This document shows, in pieces, positions 11,051 to 23,058 of a stretch of DNA of 64,000 bases. Every line of letters starts with the position of its first letter. The stretch's first letter is position 1. The stretch lies in NCBI GenBank assembly GCA_004764695.1, contig SMSO01000031.1, forward strand, positions 8,476,761 through 8,540,760, read 5' to 3'. The stretch is from Schizochytrium sp. TIO01 (lineage: Eukaryota > Protista > Bigyra: Labyrinthulomycetes). The position numbers and the translations under genes were made by a program. Under the pieces are notes generated by a model, which saw only the letters and a list, made by a program, of their open reading frames with translations, had not been told where the DNA came from and ran no database searches.

Positions 11051-12074
11051 CTTTGTTGACACAAGCTCTCAAGCTGTAGTCCTCACTCTGTTCCAAGCAA
11101 CCAACAAACAAAGGCTGTTTTCCGCTCAACTATGAGGTTTGCGAGCCTACACAACCAGTTCCTCTCGATCTATTTATTGCTCAAGGTTCAACCTCGATTT
11201 TCGTCTTCTGCCTTTACCGTGAAAGAACTACATACGCCTCTGTGACTTGCCCAAGATAACTCTTGTTCTGTTAATAAGTTTTTGTATAGTTGGTGTTTGT
11301 GGAGATTCACAAGACCACGTGAAAGCTTTGACTGGGGTTCGAAAACCGTCGCCAACCCCGTTTTTCAATACTTAAATGCATCTCGGTCAAAGTCATCGCA
11401 GTTCGAACTTCTGTTCAAAAGCTTGACTATTTCTGTACCTCATTAGTTGCCACGTCGTTAAATGTGATGACCAATCACGCTTTCTTCGTGTTGCGAAATC
11501 TCACCGTGGTCGCTTTACTTTTGGACAAAAAAAGCGCCATTTTAGTAATTAAAGTTTGTGGGTATCGGCGATCACAGACAACTTTGGAGGAGTCGTTATC
11601 GCCTTGAAGTGGATGAGGTGGAAATTACAGCCTCTCATTCATTTTACGTCATTCCATGACAGTAAAAACTAGCATGGGCGGAAGAACGAGGTTTCTATGC
11701 ATGGCATTCTATCAAGCGATTGCTGTTTCAAGTTCTCAGAAAGAAAGAGTAAGAGTAAATCGCGAGTTTAGGCAGTAGATTACTTTAACTTATTTGTAAC
11801 TAGGACGTTTGCTATACATATACGTAGAATTGCATTGAAAAAGAAAAGAAAATGAAAAAAGGAGGTTGTTACACTCTGATAACCTTCTTGAGGTCCAAGG
11901 AGAAAAACTGCAAGCCCACAACGTGCAAAAGCCAAAAGGGCTGCCAAGTCTCCTTTTGTGGATTTTTTGGAGCTCATTGAACAGCTCTGGCAGCCTGGTA
12001 GGACACTGACGTTTTTTCTTTATTGTAGTGCTTTTGGAGTCGATATAGGTTCCTGAAGCAAAGGCACGTACAAG

Positions 12075-14075
12075 ATGAGCGCTGTACTACGAGAAATGAC
12101 ACACGCCAAAGCGAGGCAGCAGAAGCAAGAATTGCAGAAACAAGACATCCATAAGAAGTCTGCCTCGATGGATGTCGATGAGAAGCGGCCTGGATCTGCA
12201 TCTGGACGTCCCGCTAAAATTTCAACTCCACCATCCACGCCGCCCTGCGAAGAGGACGCAAAGTCTGCAGCTAGCGAGGATGGGAAAAAGGTGACCCTGC
12301 TCAGTTCGTACCCCGTTGTAGACTCCATGACACCTCGAGCTCGTCGTCGTCACCGAATGCAAGAAATTGCTGATAAGAAGAAACAAGAAAATGAAGCTCG
12401 TCGTCAAGCCGCTGCGCAGAAACGTGCCCGCGTTGAGCAACAGAAGGAGAATACATCATCTTCGGTCGAAAACCGTCGCAACTTACGTCGCACAACGACA
12501 TTTGGGAGCTCGGCATCAACTTCATCTGGCAGTGGAAGCAAGGTTCGCAAGCAAACTCGCACCATGGCTGTACCTGCTTCAAGAACCAGTCGCACTAGAA
12601 CGCAGGCTCGGGAAAGTCTTGCTCCTGGCAAACGTGGCAGCCCAGCTCCTTCTGAAGCGTCATCACCTGCCCAGGTTAGCCAAGAGGAACTTGATGCTGC
12701 TCAAAGCCAACTGAAGGACGCTGAGCAGCGTATTTCAGAGCTTGAATCAAAGGTCACAGATCTTGAGCAGGACATTGTGGCTCGCGATGAGGTAAACACT
12801 GGTCTTAAAACACAAGTCACAGCGCACGAAACCAGGATCAGTGAGCTTGAGACCACATGTGACGGCCTACAGAAGCTTAAGATCCAGCATGAAGCAAAGA
12901 TTCAAGAACTTGAAGCCGATATAATGGAGCACCAGCGCACAGAGCGTGATCTACGAAACACTATTCTCGAGTTGAAGGGTAACATTCGTGTATTTGCTCG
13001 TGTCCGACCTCTTGCATCTGCCGAAGACAACTCTGTATTTGAGTTCCCCCAGGACGACCCAGAGCAACGCAGCCTCACGGTTGTGGGACAACCCCGTAAA
13101 TCCGTCGATGGTCGATCCAGCACACCGCAACGCTGGGATTTTCAATTTGATCGTGTCTTTCACCCCCACCACAACCAAGCTGATGTTTTTGACGAGGTTT
13201 CACACCTCATTCGCTCGGCTTTGGATGGCTACCGTGTTTGTATTTTTGCGTATGGACAGACGGGTTCCGGCAAAACATTCACAATGCAAGGTGGTGAGCA
13301 AGAACAATCGCAGACTCGTGGTATTATTCCGCGTTCGGTGGATTTGATCTTTAGCACCATCAGCTCGGAACAGCGTCACCAGGCTTGGGAGTATGAGTTG
13401 TCTGCTTCCTTTTTGGAGATTTACAATGAAAGTATTCGGGATCTTTGTGCTGATCCACAGCAACAGCAGCCCCAGGACCCCACACCCACATATGAGATTC
13501 GCCATGTTGGCAGTGAAACTACTGTCCATGGCCTCAGACAAATTGCTGTCCAGACACCCGAGGAAATTCACGAAATTATTGACCAGGCGAATAAGGTACG
13601 CGCTACAGGCGCCACCAATTGCAACGAAAGGTCATCTCGTAGTCACTCGGTTTTTACTCTTACGGTGACAGCCACATACAAGGCGACCAACGAAAAGCGC
13701 CGTGGTGTCCTGAACTTGGTTGACCTTGCAGGCAGCGAGCGCCTCGCCCAAAGCCAGGCAAAGGGCCAGGTTCTGAAGGAAACTCAAGCTATCAACAAAT
13801 CTTTATCTTGCCTTGGAGATGTGATCTTCGCCTTGGCTAGTCGCAAGTCCCATATCCCGTACCGCAACTCCAAGTTGACACACTTGCTTCAGAACTCACT
13901 TGGAGGCAACTGTAAGACTCTTATGCTTGTAAACTTAGCTCCAGCAAATGCTCCTGAGGGTTTATGCTCGCTTCGCTTCGGTCACAAGGTCAACTCATGT
14001 GACATTGGTACCGCAAAAGTCCAGACTTCTTCTGCGCCGCCCTCCTCCTCCGCAAAGCCAGCACCTCGCAAATAG
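12075..14075 (+). CDS. Kinesin-14 (Kar3/Ncd/KIFC1-type C-terminal motor)
   Basis: Basic N-terminal tail, coiled coil, neck ELKGNIRVFARVRP, P-loop GQTGSGKT, switch I NERSSRSH, switch II LVDLAGSER, HIPYRNSKLT. Confidence 0.97.
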   Translation: MSAVLREMTHAKARQQKQELQKQDIHKKSASMDVDEKRPGSASGRPAKISTPPSTPPCEEDAKSAASEDGKKVTLLSSYPVVDSMTPRARRRHRMQEIADKKKQENEARRQAAAQKRARVEQQKENTSSSVENRRNLRRTTTFGSSASTSSGSGSKVRKQTRTMAVPASRTSRTRTQARESLAPGKRGSPAPSEASSPAQVSQEELDAAQSQLKDAEQRISELESKVTDLEQDIVARDEVNTGLKTQVTAHETRISELETTCDGLQKLKIQHEAKIQELEADIMEHQRTERDLRNTILELKGNIRVFARVRPLASAEDNSVFEFPQDDPEQRSLTVVGQPRKSVDGRSSTPQRWDFQFDRVFHPHHNQADVFDEVSHLIRSALDGYRVCIFAYGQTGSGKTFTMQGGEQEQSQTRGIIPRSVDLIFSTISSEQRHQAWEYELSASFLEIYNESIRDLCADPQQQQPQDPTPTYEIRHVGSETTVHGLRQIAVQTPEEIHEIIDQANKVRATGATNCNERSSRSHSVFTLTVTATYKATNEKRRGVLNLVDLAGSERLAQSQAKGQVLKETQAINKSLSCLGDVIFALASRKSHIPYRNSKLTHLLQNSLGGNCKTLMLVNLAPANAPEGLCSLRFGHKVNSCDIGTAKVQTSSAPPSSSAKPAPRK

Positions 14076-15366
14076 GCGCACTGCTTCGTGCAAGCGAATC
14101 TAAAAACTGTAAGCTCAACAATCTGATAATTTCTTCTTCTTCTTTAAAAGAAAAAAAATGTATACCTCATATCCGTTCTTATAAAGCACCAAGATTTGAA
14201 ACAGATGAAGTTACTATGCTTCACATCTTGTGAATTAAGTTTGCCGCCCTGATCAAAAGATGCTTTATCCAAAGAACCTGCACAAGGTCTTCACTGCTAC
14301 AATGTGTACTCTAGAAGACGGCGAGAGTATTAGAGCAAACGGATCTGAAGATCTGCACGACTAAGACTGCAAAACTTCCTAACAAAGAAGTATGGTAGGC
14401 ACCTAATCTTCTTTAAGGATCTACAGTTTCCTGTACAAGAACCCATTTTTTGCTAGTTAGAGGCTCTTCGTATAGGGCCTGAGTTGGGTTAAAAGTGCAG
14501 GTCAAAGCAATAATTCAATCATGCATGTCTAGGGCTAAATGTACGTGGTGCCTATGAAGAGAAACGTAAAAGATACTTGCGACGTTTTCAATTCAACAAG
14601 TGCTGCATCCTTTTCTCTCTTTTTAGCTCTTCGAGAAAGAAGAAGAAGAAAAAAAAGAAGCAAGGTTCGAATGAAAAATAGCTCCTATCTATAGTTCAAG
14701 GACTTTCATATTTCGATTTATCTCTAGGGATAAGGCAAAGCTAAGAAAGTGGAGTTGACTGTTTGAAATTAAAAGCAGAAACATCCTGGGATTGGAGTTT
14801 TGTTCATTACGGCAGGCAGTTCTGAATCAGAATCAAGAAGTGTCGTTGATTTCGCATCGCAAACTTGTGAAAACAAAGACTGCGTCTGTAACGTGCATCA
14901 TTTAACTGTATGTATAGAATTTAGTTTTTATGTTCTAAGATCATTCCTTTCAAGGTGCAGGATCCACGAAAGGCTACAGACAATGTGAAAGACAGATCGC
15001 CTCTGTCCTCCATCAAAAGTGAGTTCGTAGAAGCAACAAGTTTAACAACAACCGCCATTGCTCCTGTGGGAAGAAATGGGATCAATTATTGAATCAACCA
15101 GCCGGGAAACCAGTAGGTTGTGTGGCACACCCCTCAAAGCACGTATACCTACACCCCAAGCAGGTTCCAAAATTGGTCAGTTTGGGAGGTGGGTGTGAGA
15201 GTCGTAGGATGACCGATTCTTTGCAGCAGCTGATGTTACTTATTTTTGGGATGCTGCGCACATCTAGAAACAGCTTCTAAGAAAAAATGAAAAAAGGGAA
15301 GGAAGATAAATGAAGGACTTGACTCGAGAACCACTTGTTGGTGCTAGAAATGTCCGCATTCATAGC

Positions 15367-16440
15367 TTAGATGAGCTCAGCGTGGGGCTGAATGTTGCGG
15401 CGGGAGAGAATCTCACCGTAGGCGGCGCCAAGCTCGTGGGAGTCCACGTAGCGGGTGTGCTTGACGCAGTTGGTACCGTCCTCGAAGCACTTGATCTCGT
15501 TCTCCTCAGTGAAGTGACCAGGGGTGGCCCAGGCGCAGTTGGTGTCCATGCCGAGCTGGTTGTCACCGAGGTAGACCTTGTAGAAACCAGACATACCCCA
15601 GTAAACACCCCAAGAGTTGCGGACAATCCAGTACTCACGGCCAGTCTCCTCATCGGTACCCCAACCGACAGTCTCGACAATGTGGTCGATCTCGCGGGAG
15701 GCGTCGGGAAGGTCGAGGATACCGCCCTGGTACTCGGAGAGCACGTTGGCGTTGACACCGCAGGCAACGGGTCCACGGGCGTAGATCTCGCGCTTGACGG
15801 CCTCAGCGTCGGGGAGGGTGCCGTACTCAGCTACAGTGGCGTTGGGGAAGACATCGATCTCAGAGCAGAAGCCGCCGTCATCCTTAAAGGTAGAGCAGGT
15901 GCGGCAGACGTTGATGGGCTTGCAGGTGTAGTCGCTAAACTTGCAGTCACCCTCCTCTGACTCAGCACTGCAAGCGGCGTAGCCCATGCAGGTGTCGTAG
16001 GGGATGTATCCAGTCTCCTTGATGAACTGGAAGGCACCAGTGTGCGAGCCACCGTGGCAGCTGCCAGCAACGGTGGCACCGCAGTTGAGGATGAACTGAA
16101 CAGAGAGGTTGATGTCATCACCGCGGGCGTGGCGGGCGATTTTGATGCGGTCAGCGAGGGAGCTGGCAGCGCCGTGAGCCCAGCAAGATCCACAGTACTG
16201 GGGAATGTGCTGGTTGAGGGACTTGGTGACGTATGAGACACCGTTGACGTTACGCCAGTCCCAGTTCTTGGGGAGCTGCACGCTCTCGAGGTAGTCGTGG
16301 GCATGGGCGTGGGTCTTCCACTCGCGCTTGGTGTGGCCAGGCATGATCTTGAACTCGCTGCGGCGGCGAGTCTCAGAAGCCTCAGCCACGCTCATGAGGA
16401 GTGCAATGAGCACCACTGCGAGGGCGAGAATACGGACCAT
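15367..16440 (-). CDS. CTSZ: Cathepsin Z/X (papain family C1A cysteine carboxypeptidase)
   Basis: Signal peptide MVRILALAVVLIALLMSVAEA, short propeptide, NQHIPQYCGSCWAH with the HIP mini-loop typical of cathepsin Z, catalytic His (DHIV) and Asn (RNSW). ATG at 16440 in GCAAG-ATG context. Confidence 0.95.
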   Translation of the reverse strand: MVRILALAVVLIALLMSVAEASETRRRSEFKIMPGHTKREWKTHAHAHDYLESVQLPKNWDWRNVNGVSYVTKSLNQHIPQYCGSCWAHGAASSLADRIKIARHARGDDINLSVQFILNCGATVAGSCHGGSHTGAFQFIKETGYIPYDTCMGYAACSAESEEGDCKFSDYTCKPINVCRTCSTFKDDGGFCSEIDVFPNATVAEYGTLPDAEAVKREIYARGPVACGVNANVLSEYQGGILDLPDASREIDHIVETVGWGTDEETGREYWIVRNSWGVYWGMSGFYKVYLGDNQLGMDTNCAWATPGHFTEENEIKCFEDGTNCVKHTRYVDSHELGAAYGEILSRRNIQPHAELI

Positions 16441-16779
16441 CTTGCTTGCTAATTTGTTTGCTGACAACTTCTGTCAAAGTCAATAGTGTGTGTTTGTTTA
16501 CAAGGGAATGAGTTTGTATGTTATGTACAATTTACGCAGCGTTCGGTGTATATAGCAGCGCGACCACAGCAACAGATGCCGGTGGATCGAGTTTCGGGTT
16601 TGCCGCCGAGGCGTTTGGGTTTTGTTTCGCCAATCCGCCAGGGTGAACAAATCCCCCATAGTGACATGCAATAGATAGTGATTTTGTTATTGTGCGTTGG
16701 TTCCACATTCGTTTGTTTATTCGCATCCGCATAGATTTTCACATAGCGCCAGCCATAGCAGTGGGACAGACACACATCC

Positions 16780-19100
16780 AAACACATACACAGATAGATA
16801 GATAGATATAGAGATGGCGAGTTCGTTCGTTCGTTCGTTCGATAGTTAGATAGAGCAACACGCTTCTTTCGTTAGTCGCCTTTTTTTCTCTTTTCTCCTT
16901 TTTTTTTTTTTTCTTTCATTCATTCATTCGTTCACTCTCCATCTCCGTCTCTTTCCTTCTTCTTCTCTCTAGTTCCAGTGTGATCATTCACTATGGTCAT
17001 TCATACGTAATCACCGCCTTCTTCCTCTTTGCCACTTTTCTTTCATTCCTCCTTTCTCTGGTTAGTTTCTTTCACGTTCTCCGTCGATGTCCGCTTTTGC
17101 TCAATGATAGAACAGAAAGCGTGAAAAGCGCGAGACCTGAATGAAAGCCCCTCGAAAGACAGCAGCAAAAGGGCGAAGAAGAAGGAGGCTCGAGGATTCT
17201 CCACGGCTTTCCCGAAAACAGTCAACCGCCACTCACTCAGCTACAAAGACAAGGCACCGTCGCGGCAACGTGCCGAGTGAGCGAGCTTCTTCCAGCTGCG
17301 CTTGTCTCTTCTGCCGCTGCCGCTTGCTTTTGTTGGCCTAGTTCTTGTTCCATGCAATGCCCGACTCGAGCCAGCTTCCTGTTGCTCTTGGCAAAGAAAT
17401 CCTCCGAGTGGTCTTGAGTTGAGACATGCATGCCATCCATAGCCCACTCCGAAGCAGGCCACGAAGGAGCTTGTGAACAACTTGAAGACCGGTTCGGGGC
17501 CATGGATGATCGATCCTGCAGGACCAGAGCCAGAGTGATGATCATCATCATTTATAATCATCATTATCAGCAGCAGCAGCAGTAGCGCGAGGAGAGAGGC
17601 GCCGGAGTCGAGGCTATAGCTATAGCTCAATAAGCTCGTTAGAGATGAACGAAGCAGTCACCGGCGGATGTCTTGCTGCTTCCTTCCATGTGCTCGCGTG
17701 CCTTGCAGGCAGAAGAGGACGTCACCGAAATAGAGGACAATCGATCGATTCGAGGGCCAATACAGCCGGCGCGGCGAGAAGGAACTAACTAGCTAGCTAG
17801 CTAGCTAGCTAACTTCAATGACACGCGCAGCCAGGAAGGAATGAATAGAAGCGGACTCAAGCAAGCAAAGCTACCTGGCTAGTTAGCTATTCGCTAGCTA
17901 GAGCCTGATCGTGTGGGTTTTGCAATGCTTGCAAGCTCTGGAATGAATGAGTGAATGAATGAAGGTGACGCTGTTTTTTTGCGCTGGGAGCTGGACGGGG
18001 CCTTCTGGCTCGGGAGAGAGAGCTCCGGTTTGTGCCAGGCAGGGGCTGGCTGCAGAGAGTTTAGCTCGAGGTTGTGAGATCAGAAGGTGGGGGAGACAAA
18101 GGAGACCCTGAGGACGACCACAGCTTCGGCAGCGGCACAGGTGAGGAGGATGACATGCATGCTGATAGATTCATGCAACATCGAATGTGACGGTGGATGA
18201 AAGATATTCCTTCTTTTTCATTCATACATTCCTTCCTTCGCTCTGCACACTGCAGGCAACCGTCAAGAGCACCTATGTGTATCCAAATCTGAGGCAGGGA
18301 TTACGATGATGACACTAGCTGCTGGTATCGATCGATCACTCGTGTTAAAATCATCTCCCCGTAACGACTTCCTCCGCGTCTTCCAGACTGCTCCTTCCTT
18401 CCCGACTGGACTTCAAGTTGGCAGCAGCAGCAGCAGCAGCAACAGCCTTTACCCAAGCGACTCTCCGGGCACTCCGGGGGTCTCTCTTCTCGGCGGCCTC
18501 CTTGCACACAAAGCTACACAACAGTAATAATAAGACATCATCATTCCTTCATTTCGTCTCCTGCGCCTCACTCACACTCACAGTTCACAATCGCAATATC
18601 ACCCAGGAAACTCGGGTCGGCCTGTTCTGCTGGAGCCGCAGGCTCCTGCGCACATCACAATCCTCCTCCTCCTCCTCCACCATGGCACCATTGTCCAAAC
18701 CATGGAGAGCTGCGCTTCGTTGGCCAGCGTCACCTTGGGGCCCCTCCGTTTCGCCCACTCTCTTGCGTCATCTTTCGTCGCCGCTGCCCGAGCGCTAGCG
18801 GCCTCCTAGCGAGAACGCTGGCGCTCGGATGCGGGAGCAGTCCTACTGAAGGCCTTAGGTACCCCTATCGAATAGAGTAAGCAGCAGAAAGAGAGAGAGA
18901 GAGAGAGAGACAGAGATGTCCAAAAAGTCCGCTCGATCATGATCGAAGCGGAGCTTGAGAGGCAGGCTGGTTGGTGGGCTGAGGCACGGCTGGCTGGCTG
19001 GCTGGCTGCAGCAGGCGGGTACACGGGGTGTCGCGAGTGCTGCGGAGATTGCAGCGAAGGAGATCAGTCGGCAGGTAAGTCGGTAAGTAAGTAAGCAAGC
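16780..19100. repeat. Microsatellite-dense non-coding region upstream of cathepsin Z
   Basis: Short runs of (GATA), (TTCG), poly-T, (CAG), (AGCT), (GAAT), (CCT), (GA), (GGCT) and (GTAA); only low-complexity short ORFs. Confidence 0.7.
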
Positions 19101-20619
19101 TCGGCAAGGCCACCGACAGCTCAGCTGGCGCCGCCGCTGCAGTACCCTAAGGTTAAGACTAGCAAGGGGCTAGCACCTGGCAATGGCCACCTGGATTGAA
19201 CTATTGATTGATTGATTTTCTTCCTGCCGCCTGCAAAACCTGCGCAACCCTGCAGTCTTCCGAGCCGGCGAAACTGCCGAGACAGAGGCGCCTGTGCCTC
19301 TGTGGCTGACAGGTGGCCGGCGATCGACGAGTCGAGGCGGAGCTGCCGTAGGCCCATGGAGGGAGGGAGGCCTGCCGTGACTGCCTGCAACACGATTGTA
19401 GCATGTTTGGGAGTGTGCACTGCGCGCATGTCCCCGAAGTCAGATGTGACCCACTTAAAAGGATGGCAAAGCAAAGGAGAAGAGATGAAGGAATGAAAGC
19501 GGAGAAGAGAAGGGCTCCAAGGCGCTCGCTTCCAAGGCTACGAACTGACTGCTTGGCCAGCAGGCACCGCACCGGGCTTGGCGATGTCGAGGCATTCAGA
19601 AGGCTCTAAGAAACGCACCCGGCAGGCTCTTCGGAGGCAGGATATGTAAAGTTGGCAAGATCGAAGAGACGAATGATTGCCTGGTCGAGGTACATGATGA
19701 GCCTTGGAAGGCTCTGGAGAAGACACGCGGGAAAGGGTGACAAGCGAGAAGAGAAGACCGAAGCGTCGCGGGGAGAGGGAGATGGTAGGGGGGTGTTGAA
19801 CGTACCTGTAAAAAGGCGGCACACGCGAAGGTGCAGGCAGCGGAGTTGAGCGATTGTCGAGGATGTGGGATGAAGGAGCGAATCCTCGAGTCTTGGCGGT
19901 TTTAAATATCCACCTTAAAAACGACGCTCTGACCCTCACTGGCGCCGCGCGTGGCCTGGTGGGATGCCTATTCCTCAGCCTTTTACGGGCCAAGTTATCC
20001 GCCTTAAACTACCTTAGGCGTGACGCTCCTCCACTGCAGCTGTGTAAGAGGTGTTTTTCATCAGTGGCGCCCCCTCACAGCTGCGGGGGAAACTGTGCAT
20101 CTGGGCGTGAACTCCTCTCGGAGGTTATGTTTTCCTACATGTTATGCCGAGAGGGAAAGCAGCTTCAGGAAGCAGGCAAAATTGAACCCATTCTGGGAAA
20201 GGCTGGGACTACTCCTACGAGTAGTACATAAGAGGTAGTATCCTCTCTTCAAAGGCCTTTTTTACTTTTTTCCGAGTCGTTAATTTAATTTAATTTAGTT
20301 TTTTTCGAATTATTTTTCTCAAAATAATAAAAATTATTACAATTTCAATTCGTTTGTTCTCTCTTTTTACTACTTTTTGTGTTTTGTTTGTTTTCGAAGT
20401 TTGTTTTCGAAGTTGTTTTCTCATGATAACTTGAAACCAAAACAGAGCCTCGAGAATGGCGGAGCGAGGGAACCCGGAAACCAACCATCCATTCAGGGCC
20501 TCGACAACGGAGTCAAGACTGGCCCCCGCGAGGCCCGCTCGTTGAGATGCTGTGCGGGGGCTTCGTCTGTTCCTTGACTAGGCGACCAGGCCAGTTTCCA
20601 GGTCATTGATTGCTACGGT

Positions 20620-21400
20620 GCCAAGAGTCCTCCGCTGGCGGGCGTGGGCCTCGACCTTCCCCTCCATATGCTGCAACGTCAGCAGACAGAGCAGAATTCA
20701 ATGCTCACCGTCATGGCCTGGACTCGACACAAAACTTCGTCTTAGACAGAGCTTGCAGAGTTCGCAGAGCTTATAGCCATGTCCGAACTTTGCTCAGGTT
20801 GGGCAAACTGAGCTCGTTCTTGAACCTAAGGCAGAGGAGGATCGCCGTCTTGAAGAGAGTCCACACGATATCCAAGACCAGCGGAGATTGGGTTCACATT
20901 TCACTCATCGTCGGGAACGTGATGGCGGAGAAGCTCAACCTGCTGCTGCTGCTGGGCGGAGAAGCAGTGAGGAACCGGAAAGATTCGACTCTCGTCTACT
21001 CTGTCAACCTTCGATGAAGCTTTCGCTCCGTAATAGCGGGTGCATGGTTAGTGGGTGTGTGTACTTCGTAGAGTTGGGGTTCTGTAGTTACGGAGTACCG
21101 TATCACCGTATCATAGCTTGATGGCGGGGAGACCATCCAAGCCGGTGTATTGGGCCACGAAGCACGAGCTGCTGGGCGTCGTGGTGAATGCAGAGAGGAA
21201 AGAAGAGCCGTGTACGCAGCCGCCACCCGTTTAGGAAAATCGATCTCAAAGCTGCTGGGACTCGGGCTCGAAATTGAGAGTTTACCCGTTTCTGCGGCGA
21301 GGTGCTCCAGAATGCAATCGTTAACTTCGTGGCCGTTTGATCTTGAAGGTGACACCGTCGGTGTTTTATGGCTCCGGAAACCGTTTCGCTGGCGTCGCTA
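20620..21400 (-). pseudogene. Probable decayed gene for a low-complexity S/P/Q-rich protein
   Basis: Minus-strand frames read protein-like (..CILEHLAAETGKLSISSPSPSSFEIDF.., FSAQQQQQVELLRHHVPDDE*NVNP..LP*VQERAQFAQPEQSSD) but are broken by stops and frame changes. Confidence 0.35.
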
Positions 21401-21825
21401 ATGGGGGTCAAGCCGCGCAACTATCAGAATCGTTTTGGAAGGAAGCCGAAGAACAGCCTGTCTAGTAGCGGTGCTAGTACCTAAGGAAGAAGCGGAGCTC
21501 ACACCAACTTGACAAGAACAGAGTGAAACCTTCAATGTTCGAAGAGTTTCTTTTTTTTTTTTTTGAGGATTTTCTTGGAACAATTTTCAAGTTTTAGAGT
21601 CCACTTCCATTTTTTGTTTTTTAATTAATAAAAAGGAAAGTGCCACCATACAACAATTGCACAGTACATATGTTATTTCACGCCCTCGCGCACTACAAAC
21701 CCACTATGCAGCTCGCTCGCTCGGGTTGCATCTGCGCTACTCCTTAGCATAGAACCTTGTTGATCTTGATTTGAAGCGAACAAAGAAATTAAAAATTATG
21801 ATGCCCCGTACCTGAATGCATGTAA

Positions 21826-21882
21826 GTATGTATGTATGTATGTATGTATGTATGTATGTATGTATGTATGTATGTATGTATG
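21826..21882. repeat. (TATG)n microsatellite, ~14 units
   Basis: Directly visible perfect tetranucleotide run. Confidence 0.97.
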
Positions 21883-21909
21883 CCTAGCATCATGGTGCGG
21901 ATGGACTTC

Positions 21910-22160
21910 GATGGCTACCAGAGTCTTGTACTTGTATTCCCACCAGTACACGCTTCTCTATTGTCCACGTGGGCAATTGTAAGTGATAGATGATTCATGT
22001 CTCTCAACAATCACAGTGTATATAGTTGACAAAGTTTAAGTTGTATCATAGCAAGTTCGGGTTATAGTTAACATTCGAGTGTGTATACTTCTTTTGGTAA
22101 GCACTTTGATCAATACCTATCTGATAGTCTTTAAAGGTCTTTGTCAAAACCCAAATTTTC
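21910..22160 (-). mobile_element. Decayed Ty1/copia-like reverse transcriptase fragment
   Basis: Minus strand: LGF/(frameshift)..KDYQIGIDQSAYQKK resembles the copia RT motif LG....i.l.Q..Yi.k; downstream EYKYKTLVA resembles YrslVG. Confidence 0.45.
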
Positions 22161-23058
22161 AAAATTAACGAGACATTGTAAGGAAAATAGGCCTGAAGGA
22201 GACATCCAACAGCTTTTAGAGCATACCAGGGTGCTCTGGTAATGTGTAATGTCAAATCAGGACATGAGAAATCTCGCTGTCAAGTGTGAATGACATATGG
22301 TTCTACTGAAACACATAAGTATTTGAATGGAAGAGTCCGAGCAAAGAGTAAGCGCAGTTTGGGTTGTTAAGATGACTTCTTGCATAATGTCTTTTCTGCT
22401 GTGTCTTTGCCATGATCTTGGGACGTCATGCTAAATACAAATCTTAGCACAGAGCTGATGACACCTGCTGAATTGAACTCATCAAACCTACTGTGGTGTT
22501 CAGGTTGCGACCTTAATTATATCCTGGCTTCATAATAATATATTTACATAGTGATGTGTCGTGCCACCCTGATGAACCGAAAAGCCGTCTGTGTCAGAAA
22601 AAGATTGGTGAAAACTCGCGTTTCTCTGCAGCGTTCCCGTGTCTTTGTATATTTTCACATATAGTTTTAAAAGATTGATGCAAGCGAAATAGTTCTATCT
22701 TTGTTTATAGAAAATAAACATGAGGGACGATGACGACACGATAATAGAAAAGAGGCCTATTTAATAAATAAATAAATAAATAAATATATATATATAATAT
22801 AAAGGGCAATGGTAGAAAGAATAGAATCGAATAAAAAATTAGACTTTGCATCTTTGGGGCGAGGCTCTGCATACTATAGAGTCTCTCACTCAGTGGGGGA
22901 TAGATAAATCACGAAATCTTCGCTGGGAGCGCGGAGATAGGTAGCTACTTCAACAGCTAGCGCAACAAAGGACGACTCAACACAGGGGGGGGTGTAAATC
23001 AATTGTAACAACGTCTTTACTGTTGTCTCTGCGGAGTTTTCGATATTCAGAGTTCGCC

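Noticed and set aside
15367-15385. C-terminal HAELI of cathepsin Z as an ER-retention signal
   Set aside because: HDEL/KDEL-type signals must be the last four residues; an extra Ile follows.
15310-16304. ORFs 15310..15960 (+), 15360..15776 (-), 15831..16304 (-), 16042..16236 (+)
   Set aside because: Antisense and alternate-frame shadows of the strongly codon-biased cathepsin Z gene.
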